Of a DNA stretch of 64,000 nucleotides, positions 27,301 to 37,289 are shown piece by piece (position 1 is the stretch's first letter; each line of letters starts with the position of its first letter). A program made the position numbers and the translations under genes. The notes under the pieces are model-generated. The model ran no database searches, was not told the origin of the DNA, and saw only the letters and a list, made by a program, of their open reading frames with translations. The DNA comes from Eledone cirrhosa (Eukaryota). The stretch lies in the NCBI GenBank assembly GCA_964016885.1, contig OZ024743.1, positions 335,978,001 to 336,042,000 of the forward strand. The letters are read 5' to 3'.

Positions 27301-28917
27301 GTCAACCGAATCTTGTCCTAGCCCGTCAGCATTCATCTCCTCAGGGGCCGTATCTCTGTTCCAGGTATTATTTATCTCAGTATTCAGATCATTGTCTGCT
27401 TCGGGTGGTTCCTCCATTCTCAGGACCTCTTCACCTTCATTTCCCACTGGCTCGCTTGTCTGGCATACTACACCCGCCATCTCCAAGCCATTCTCTCTGC
27501 TCAGTTCCTCCAGTTCCAGCTCGCTTATCCACCCATTAGTTCTTATTACCCGAGCCTGCCCGGCCAATTTTTGTTCATCTAATTTAAATAGACCAATCTC
27601 GTTCCAGATGTTATGCATCCGTCTCCTGTAGCCCCTCTCCTTGGGGTTACTTTTCAGGTAACATTGCATAACAGTTCTATTCAATTCTTTCGTCCAGTTG
27701 GTTCTGGCCCCTTTCCTTCTTCTTCTTCCTCCAACATCAGCAGTATTTGGTTGACAGTCAGGTTCCTGCTGCTGAGCCAGGGGGCACCTGTTGGGTGAGA
27801 GTCTGTCACATGACGTTCTAGTCTCCATTTCACCGTTATTCGAACTGTTTATGTTCGATATTTAAACACTCTTATCGAGGATTGGCGAATGTATGGTTAC
27901 ATGGCCATCTCTGGATTCGCCGTTCCACTTGGCCCTTGTGTGGCATTATCACCACGCTGTATACGAACACACATAAACAAACAAACACACAGGCAGAATG
28001 GGCCCCAAAAATGAATAAGCATAAGTTTCATTGTAATGTAGTGTTCGAATGTCAGACTTAGTTTTTGTTTTTTTAGTTTTAGTTTTTCCCCCCTCTTCTC
28101 TGTCCGTCCGCCTGCTTCTCTCTTCATTCTTATTTTCTTTACGTTTTTTGTTTTTTTTTGTTTTTGTTTTTCTCTGTTTGTTTTTCTCGTTTTTTGCTGT
28201 TGTTGCTGTGCTGCTTTGGTTTTGTTGTTTGTTTTTCCTTTTTTCTTTTGAGTCTATCTATATATTTTGATGCCTTCCTCTTTTTTAGTAGTAGGAATTC
28301 TATAATGTGGTGGCAGCAGCCAGCTGAGTGAGGTGGGTGACTGGCGGCGGGAGCGATACTGAGACAGTGGTGGTGGTGATGTCGATACCGAGGCAGTGGT
28401 GGTGGTGATGTGTTAGTATTACTGTAGTGATGGTGTTGTAGCGGTTGTAGCAGTGAAGGAGTGAAGGAGTGGTGGCGGCGGTGATGGGATAGTGGTGGTA
28501 ATGATGGCAGTAGTGAGCGGTGGTGGTGAAATTGCCGTTATCTGGCTGTTGTGTTTAGTGTACACAGATGATGAGGTGGGTGGTGTATCTAGTTTCTGGT
28601 GTTGGTGAGTTTGGCTGTTCTATATAGTGTAGACAGAGGAGAGGAGGAGGGGGGGGGGGGTCTTCTTCCATTTATAGCCATTTTCTTTTTTGGATATACA
28701 GTGTACAATACAAAGTTGAATATTTGAATATTTGAGCCTTATAACAATATATTTTGGGTCCGAATTTGTTTGGGGCTCAAGCCGGGTGCTTTACGTAGCA
28801 TTTGTACTAAGAGTTGTTATTTCACAAATGATTTAAATATGTTAAAAATTCAAAACTTACGGGAGCGATTTCATGACCTCCGCCACCTCGTGCGTCTTCT
28901 TCCCTATTCTTCTTCCC
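24366..28917 (-). mobile_element. full-length R4/Dong-clade RLE element, family C copy 3
   Basis: ~1.1-kb 5' leader, one ORF, short 3' UTR, (TAA)n at both ends. Confidence 0.95.
24440..27828 (-). pseudogene. family C copy 3 ORF (RT + CCHC + RLE), single frameshift near 25845
   Basis: NWTKELN..MQCY..SNP..RGYRRRM (R4/Dong N-terminal motif); WIDYRKAFD, QGDSLSP, FMDDLKLF; CRIC..HIVSEC; RHD; RPD. The 692-aa and 464-aa ORFs join by one base. Confidence 0.93.
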
Positions 28918-28930
28918 TATTATTATTATT

Positions 28931-29235
28931 AAGAATGGCCCGAGTGAATGGGCCTACTCTGAGTATATATCTGTAAATTAAAGGTGGAAAACTGGGAGAG
29001 GGCACTTGCCTTGGTAGTCAGGGTCATTGTGGCTTTTTACTGGGCTTTCTCCACAAATGTCCCTCCGAAGACTCCCCCCTATTGGGGAATTTTTCATTGT
29101 TATTTTCATTGTTATTTTTGTTACATCCTCTGTTTTTGTTTTTTACACGCAGAAATGCCCATTTGTACCGTCCTGCATTGTCCTGCACTGTCCTTAATGT
29201 CTACTTTATGTAAACCCTTGTGGTTAATAAAGAAA

Positions 29236-29237
<2 letters not shown>
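28931..29237 (+). mobile_element. severely 5'-truncated Tx1-like copy (B2 variant: last codons of ORF2 + 3' UTR)
   Basis: RMARVNGPTLSIYL-stop plus a 3' UTR similar to 19290-19533; (ATT)n on both sides. Confidence 0.9.
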
Positions 29238-29309
<72 letters not shown>

Positions 29310-29517
29310 GGCGACCTACGTAGTAAATCGTATCATCGTGAGCTCCGCAAAGGTTTGTTATATCCGTTTGTTAAAAATTGCCATTTATGGAAAATTTTAT
29401 TGTTAACTGTTTATAAGCACACATACATTGTTTTCCGAAAAGGACACCCAAAAAGATTGGGGCCTTGTGCCCAAAATTTTAACTTTTATTATTATCAAAA
29501 AATTTCTTTGAAGAAAT

Positions 29518-31477
29518 ATGGCTACTTCACCTCTGCACGAAGCAGCTGAAAGCCTTCCTCACAAAATAACACCTCACACCGACACCACCATTGTAAATGT
29601 TACTACGTTTGCCAACACAAAAAAAATATAAGCAGAAGCAATATTTTAAATTTGTCTCAGGCAGACATTCATTTCCCGCCATTTCCAATGACTGCAGGTG
29701 TTAAAGCCTCCACCACCACCACCACCGCGACAACCACCACCACCACCACCATCACCACGACAACAGAAACAAAAGAAGAAAAAAATAAATTAACTCGTGA
29801 TGTCGAAATGAAATCAAGCAAAATGGACTCTTCCCCACCAAAAACGACTGACGTCACCACCACCACAACTGAAACTAAAATTAATATTAACGATAGCAAC
29901 AACAACAACAATGACATTATAACCCCCCCCCCCCCCTCAGTTTCGCCAGAGTAGCAAAACAATTCGAAGCATTTACGGTAACTCAGGAAGATTTAGAAAA
30001 TGCCAAACAAATGGTAAAGAAAAATGGGTACAGGGTCAGCGTCCCCCCCCCCCACCTAATAAAATGGAGCATCGGCGCCTATGCACCGTGTCGTATAGAA
30101 CAATAAATGTAAAATCGCGCCGAGTGGAACGGGCATCCGAGTCCCAAATCCAAAAAGCTTTGGGACATGTGTGGGCAAGAAAAACCCACATCAGACGTGG
30201 GAAAAAGTATGGAACCGTGGATGTGTTCTTTGAAACACCAGAGGAGGCTAGAGAACACTCCATGGCCCCATTAAAAAGTGACGACTTCACACTCGTCCCA
30301 AGCTATTGTGGCCAGAGACTCGTAAAGATCAGGGTGACCCACGTTCCACCGGCCATCGAAATTCCCTGGCTAATAGCGGCTGTCCTCGCCGGCATCGAAG
30401 CCAACACGAAAATAATAGCAATAGCAAAAGAAAAGCAGGAAAACTGGTCCGGATCTGGGATGGAGCTCCTAATCCAAGCGGACCAAAAAAGCATTGAGGA
30501 GATCCCAGAGGTAATAGACCTCACTGACGGCAGCCACCTCACGGTAATTGTCGAGGGCAGAAGACCTAGGTGTGTCGTTTGTGGTGAAGGAACCCACCTA
30601 AGGGCTTTCTGCCCTCAGGCTAAAAGGTTGAGGCCACCTCTCCTACCCACCCCAGTGACACAACCATCAACACCACCAGTAGCAGAGATGGCAGCAACAA
30701 CTGTAGCAGCAACAACAGAAGCAACTATAACAGCAACAACCCCAGCAACAGTAGCAAAACCAACACCACCCAACGCTTCAGAACTAGCACCAGCGCCTAC
30801 ACCATCCACCACACCACAACCAAAACTAACGGCTGTGGAGGATTTTCCACTCCCCGGCCTATCACAACTGGAGACAGATTGGGACGACGAGGAGTGGGAA
30901 ACGATATCCGGAAAAAAAAAGAAACCAAAAAAGAAAAAATTCTCTTCCTTCCCCCTCCAAAAACAAAATACAGAGGGAAACAAATAAATTAAGAAACAAA
31001 AAAGTTAGGACAGATATGCCACCATCCACACCAGCATCACCAACCCCATCAACCCAAACACCAACACCATCACCATCATTAACCCCAGCACCACCATCAC
31101 CTACACCACAAAAGTCACCAAAATGCGAAACAGAAACAAACCCACAACAAACGCAAACAAAACAAAACAACCAAAACGATACACACTACACAGCATTAAA
31201 TTTGAAAAACAAGCAATTATTACACTACATCCAACACAACACCAGCATCACAGAAAAAGACTACACAACAACCCCAAAATTCACACCACCTCCACACATA
31301 CAAATCACTCGCATCACACAGAAAACGTACATGACACTAAAACAAAAATTCCCCAAAGACATCGGAGACTTCCGACAAGCACTCTCCAGGAGGATTTATA
31401 AGGACATCCTTCCTGAGGAGGCCACAAGCAGTGAAAAGGATGGAAAAACCGTCCTTCCCCTACGAGAAGTAAGGTAA
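29518..31477 (+). pseudogene. B2 copy 2 ORF1
   Basis: As copy 1; frameshifts lie in A or C homopolymers. Confidence 0.85.
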
Positions 31478-31511
31478 GTGGTCTTTCCCATCTTTTCCAC
31501 TCCTTTTCAAC

Positions 31512-34500
31512 ATGACCTCACTCAGAATAGGCAGCATAAATGCGCGTGGCTTGGGGTCGTCATGGAAGCAGGGCCACCTGCTCAACGACCTCAGGTCACT
31601 AAACATAGATGTAGTGGCCATCAGCGAGACCAGAATCTCCGAAGCACAGGCTTTCGCACCGATCTTCGGCGGTTACGATGTGTACGCATCTCCCAGCCGT
31701 CCGGGATCGGGGGGAGGAGTTGCTGTGCTTTTTCGGAGAGGTTTGGATCTTGCCATACGGGCCATCTTCCTGGACCCAGAAGGTAAGTTGGTGGTGCTGG
31801 ACGTGACCAGCGGAGACGGGCAAGCTTTCAGGTTAGTGGCCGTCTATGCCCCGACAGGAGCAGAGCGGCCTGATTTCTTCCGGCGTCTGGAGACCTTTCT
31901 TGGAACGTCCCGCTCTTTAGTGTTAGTGGGCGACTGGAACGGGATCTTAGATGCACGCTTGGATTGTGTGGGATTAGTAGATAGGGAAGGAGGGTGCAAG
32001 AGTCTCACCAACCTGCTCAGACGTTTTGAACTGTCTGACAGGTACCGAATGGATTTCCCGAATGTACCAATGTGGACTTGGACAAATCGCATAGGGTCAT
32101 CCAGATCATATCTAGATAGAGTATTTTGTAGGGAAATAGATAGGTCTAGCATAGGCTGTCCACAATTCAAGATAGTCAGCTACACGGACCACAAATTCGT
32201 GATCTGTGTGCTTGACTTAGATAGGCTTCATAGACGAGGACCCGGCTACTGGAAGTTAAACGCGTCCTTACCAGCGCGCAAGGCCTACAGAGACCGGATT
32301 AGCGAACTAGTTAAGCGGGCGTTGACGGGGGGCCATCGTCAACAACAAGTGGTGGTTTGCTCTGAAAAGAGCAATTAGAATAGAGTCCATTAGGTTTAGT
32401 AAGACTTTAGCAATAGAGAAAAATAGAGCAGAGGGAGAATTAGTTAGAAAATTAGATGAGGCGATTAGCAAAGGCATCGCGACCGACGTACTTGCGGCGA
32501 ATTTGGCCCTTGACCAATTCTTCAATGCAAAGCACGAAGGCTGCGTTGTCAGAGCTAGGGTGCGTGCTCTCAGACACGAGGGGACGAAAGCCGTTCAATG
32601 GGCCCGAGTGGCGGAGGCGCGTCGTGGCAACAAAGCCACGATCCGGTCTTTGGTGGACCACGACAGGCGCATGCTACTCGATCCCGGGCAAATGTGTGAA
32701 GCTTTTCAGCGACACTTCGCTCAACTGTTCGGGGGCAGTGGCGGGCCGGATCGAGGGATGGACTTTAGTGTCTACCTCGACGGACTGCCGCGGCTTTCGG
32801 CCACTGAGGCGGAGTGTTGCGAAAAGCCGATAACAACCGCTGAAGTACGGGATGCAATGACTAGTTGCACAAGGGGTAAATCGCCTGGTTTGGATGGTCT
32901 GCCCTATGAACTTTACGTACAAATGCCAAACTTGTTCGGAGGCCTCTTGGCGGACGTCTACTGCAACTGGCAACAGAACGGGAGAATTCCCAGCTCTGTG
33001 AGCCGAGGAGCGGTGGCGCTGCTGAGAAAGGATCCGAACAAGGGGGATAACATAGATAATTTTAGGCCCATAACTCTGCTAAACACAGAGTTCAAGATTT
33101 TGGCCAAGGTGCTAGCAAAGAGGTTGGCGCTTATCGTTGGTGGTCTGGTGGGAGAGGCACAGACATGCGCCATTCCCGACAGATCCATCCACGACAACCT
33201 CCACCTCATGCGATACATCGTAGAGAGGGTAGCTAGGGAACCTGGCACGGGTGGGTCTTTGATCAATTTAGATCAGTCGAAAGCCTTCGATAGGGTCGAC
33301 CATCGTTACCTAACGGCAGTCCTGAGGGCGGCTGGCTTTGGGCCCGTCTTCAGAGGCTGGATCGCTGCCATGCACAGCGACATCTGCTCTGTAGTGAGAG
33401 TGAACGGACACCTTTCGGAACCGTTCAACATCATGCGCTCGGTCCGCCAAGGATGTCCCCTCTCGTCCCTATTGTACGTATTGACTCTCGAGCCATTACT
33501 GCACAAACTGGAGACGTTGAGGGGGGTCCCGCGCGAACTAGGATGCGGAAGATCCGTGTCAGCATATGCCGACGATGTCACCGTAGTGGTGTCGAACGCC
33601 AAACACATCGAGGCGATCGGCACTACACTAAGAGAATACGAAGCGGTGACAGGAGCAATGATCAACCAGGAAAAGTCAGTGGGCCTGCAGCTCGGCACCT
33701 GGAGAGGCAGGTCCATGCCGTCCAACAGCGTCGTCGGGCGCTGGACGGACGGACCGGTTAAATTGCTAGGGGTCTGGTTCGGTCCAGACTTCCAGACGGA
33801 CAAAAAATGGGACGAGGTGACGAGCAGGGTGGCTTCTCTCACCCAGAAATGGGCCGAGAGGAAGCTATCCCTGAAAGGTCGAGCGGAGGTGGCGAATGCG
33901 TACATCGCATCCGTCATCTACTACCGCCTGACCGTCGTACCTTGTCCTAAGCCCCGCCTGACTGCGCTGGAGCGTTTGCTCTTTCGCTTCTTGTGGAAGG
34001 GACGCGCTCCGATGGTCAGGCGGTCCATCTGCTGTCAACACCCGCTACGTGGAGGGCTGGGCATGCCGTGGCTGATGATGCGCAGACACGCGCCCAGGCT
34101 ACGACATCTCCACCTCTTCCTCGACGGTGATCAGGTGTGGTCGCCGTTTGCAAGACACGTTTTTCCCCAGCTCGTCTCCTTGACGGAGCTGCAGTCCTGG
34201 GTCAAGCGAAGACCGAGAGGGAGCGCTTGGAGACTGGAATGTCTTCAGGCGCTCACAGCCCTCGACCAATCGGGCAATGTGATCGGTGGAAACTCCACCT
34301 TGGCGTTCTATAGGGGATTAGTGGAGGGGAAGAGCGACGACGTACTTGGAGAAACTCTAGGCGTCGACGAAAATCAACTAGCCAATCTCTTCGGAAGGAC
34401 TTTCGGGCCGGGGCCTATGGACAACTTCCAGAAATCCCTGGCCTGGCAGTGCTACCGAGGAGCTTTGCCAGTTCGGGATAAACTCTACAGGCATGGAGGT

Positions 34501-34932
34501 GCCGTCAGCCGGGCATGTCCGAGATGCGCGCAGGGCGACGAAACCGTCCTGCACGCACTCGTCCAGTGTCCGAGCATTGCTGACTTGTGGGTTTATGTCG
34601 AACACCTGCTGTCACGTGTAGGACGGATCCAGCTATCAGCTGAGTCCATCGTGAGGATTGCCCCGCCCCCTTCCTTTAGCCTGGAAGGGCAGGCAGTTTT
34701 TATCTGTCTGGTGGCCATGGCGAAAGAGATAGTATGGTGGACACGTTTGAAAGGGCTGAAGACGAGCACTTACCTCTTCGGTGATGCCCTGATTAACTTT
34801 TTCAAATTTCATTTGAAAAGGAAAATCAGGGTAGAGAGGGAAGTGCTCTCTTCCCAGCATTTTGTTGAAAGATGGGTGAGAGAAGCAAGTATGGCCCGAA
34901 TGAATGGGCCTTCTCTGAGTATGTGTCTGTAA
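31512..34932 (+). pseudogene. B2 copy 2 ORF2 (APE-RT-CCHC), one frameshift at the G6 run ~32330
   Basis: 288-aa APE part + 809-aa RT part with intact QGCPLS, YADD and CPRC..H..C. Confidence 0.93.
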
Positions 34933-35174
34933 ATTAAAGGTGGAAAACTGGGAGAGGGCACTTGCCCTGGTGGTCAGGGCCACTGTGGTCTTTTAATGGG
35001 CTTTCTCCACAAATGTCCCTTGGAAGTCTCCCCCCTATTGGGGAATTTTTCTTTGTTATTTTATTTCAACCTCTGTTTTTTTACACGCAGAAATGCCCAT
35101 TTGTACCGTCCTGTATTGTCCTGTACTGTCCTTAATGTCTACTTTATGTGAACCCTTGTGGTTAATAAAGAAAA

Positions 35175-35208
<34 letters not shown>

Positions 35209-35385
35209 ATTATTATTATTTGAAACTTCCTTTGAAGTCTGCTGCTTTCCCAAAGTCAAAGTAGAATAATCAAATGACCCAAATAAAATGATATCATAAA
35301 ACCGATATCAGCCAAACAATATATGTATTGGGTCGTGAAGTATGAAATTTGTAGAAAAACAAAAAGTTTCTACAAATTTCATATA

Positions 35386-35435
<50 letters not shown>

Positions 35436-35440
<5 letters not shown>

Positions 35441-35634
35441 CAAGGTTCTGATACCATCAACACTATAAAGACAGAGCTGGCATATCTAAGAACTGCCTAA
35501 CTGCCTGATGATGTCATAGCCATTCAATGGCTATCATCGAAATATATATAGCAGTAAATAAAGGATTATGAGTTCATGCAATTGACTTATGTTTTGTCGC
35601 TATATATATATCTCTATATATATCTATCTATCTA

Positions 35635-35685
<51 letters not shown>

Positions 35686-35844
35686 CGACGAAACATAAGT
35701 CAATTGCATGAACTCATAATCCTTTATTTACTGCTATATATATTTCAATGATAGCCATTGAATGGCTATGACCTCATCAGGCAGTTAGTCAGTTGTAGGA
35801 TATGCCAGCTCTGTGTTTATAGTGTTGATGGTATCAGAGCCTTG

Positions 35845-35849
<5 letters not shown>
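35436..35849. repeat. inverted pair of 165-bp hammerhead-containing units around a (TA)n spacer
   Basis: 35436-35600 is the reverse complement of 35685-35849 with a few mismatches; (TA)n outside both arms. Confidence 0.9.
35500..35555 (+). ncRNA. type I hammerhead ribozyme (second copy on minus strand, 35730-35785)
   Basis: ACTGC-CTGATGA-stem II (ATAGCCATT/AATGGCTAT)-GAAA-TATATATA-GCAGT. Confidence 0.75.
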
Positions 35850-35915
<66 letters not shown>

Positions 35916-35923
<8 letters not shown>

Positions 35924-36122
35924 TAACAGATTAAAGTTTAGGCAAAGAATCGCTGCTTTCATCCTATCAGAAGATTCCGTTAAGGGTGAAAGCACCGATT
36001 CTTTGCTTAAACTTTAATCTGTTATTTTAATAAATATTTGCTCTAGGGCTCTTATTTATTTGATATATATTTATCCTTATCGAGCCCTCTATGGATTTTA
36101 GTCTTCACATTTATTAATATTA
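35916..36122. repeat. fold-back fragment between (TA)n tracts, probable PLE terminus
   Basis: ~50-bp arms 35916-35967 / 35984-36032; degenerate (c)aGAAGA-TTCC..GGG-TGAAA core. Confidence 0.6.
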
Positions 36123-36137
36123 TTATATATATATATA

Positions 36138-36394
36138 TATTAGTAAGAAGGAAAAGAAAATGGTGGCAAATGTTTGCCAGTGAAAAATAGTTTAATTAGG
36201 AATAAGTATAAATTAGTAATAAGTATTGGTTAGTATTCAGTTTTAGTTTTAAGTTTTTACCGGTTGCGCATTTCTTATGCTTTTCAAAAATAATTTTGAG
36301 ATACAGCGCTCGTGATGTTTGCTCTAATCCAGATTAGAGCAAACATCACGAGCGCTCTATCTCAAAATTATTATCTTTTCCTTTTTACTAATAT
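36138..36394. repeat. fold-back element between (TA)n tracts
   Basis: Terminal inverted TATTAGTAA.AAGGAAAAGA plus an internal ~42-bp-arm hairpin at 36289-36372. Confidence 0.65.
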
Positions 36395-36431
36395 ATCACA
36401 ACTCGTGTGTCACACCTCTATTTTTTTTAAA

Positions 36432-36472
<41 letters not shown>

Positions 36473-36615
36473 TATATAGGTCGGTGGATATATATATATA
36501 TATATATATATAAACATCACACTTAACAGAAGAGAAGTCCAACAAAATTGTGTTTACTAAACTGATCATATATGAAGTTTGATAAACTGTGTTCTCGCTG
36601 TAGTAGGTAATGTTC

Positions 36616-37175
36616 TGCACAAGGCCAATAACTCATTTCATTCGACCCCATTGCCTTACTAGTATTTTATTTTATCAACCCGGTATGTATGAAACGCAAA
36701 GCTAACCTAAGCGGGTTTTGAACTCAGAACGTAAATCCACGTAAGTCTTTTCCGTAAAGCATGTTGTCCGACGCTCTGCCGAACAACATTCAATGAAATA
36801 ATTGTTTCTACTTTTTGGCACAAGGCCAGCAATTAATCAATACATTACTGGTACTTTATTTCATCGACCCCGTAAGGATGAAAGGTAAAGTTAACTTCGG
36901 CAGGATTTGAACTTAGACCATAAAGGGCCGTAACTCTTTGCTATAAAGCATGGTGTCCGACCCTCATTCCGAACATTCAATGAAATAATTGTTTCTACTT
37001 TTGGCACAAAGCCAGCAATTGCCTAGTGTATTACTGGTACTTTATTTTATTGGCCCCGTAAGGATGAAAGGCAAAGTTAACCTCGGCGGGATTTGAACTC
37101 AGAATGGCAACGGCCGTAAATCTATGCGTCAAAGCATGGCGTCCGACCCTCTACCGATACTGCCAATTCACCGCC
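36616..37175 (-). mobile_element. three tandem family-1 SINEs
   Basis: Three core copies; the last has a complete tRNA-like head (TGGCAGTATCGG / GAGTTCAAATCC) and the flanking duplication TGAAATAATT. Confidence 0.85.
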
Positions 37176-37289
37176 CTGAAATAATTCACCACCAATGAAA
37201 TGATGTTTGTGGATATCTATATATAACGTTATGTGTTGTTCATAAATGAGATACTTCACGATTAACATTGAGAAATATAAATCAAATAT

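Larger units (their letters stand above)
29310..35175 (+). mobile_element. full-length Tx1-like LINE, family B2 copy 2
   Basis: Starts GGCGACC right after (ATT)n; ORF1 ATG at 29518; ORF2 31512-34932; AATAAA + (ATT)n. Confidence 0.95.

Noticed and set aside
10271-34983. Numerous antisense and alternate-frame ORFs over the LINE bodies
   Set aside because: These are shadow ORFs of GC-richer coding sequence with no motifs; their recurrence reflects copy identity.
13615-35220. CRISPR-like or telomeric array
   Set aside because: The separators are simple (ATT)n of variable length, not TTAGGG-type repeats or fixed repeats, and unique DNA flanks both sides.
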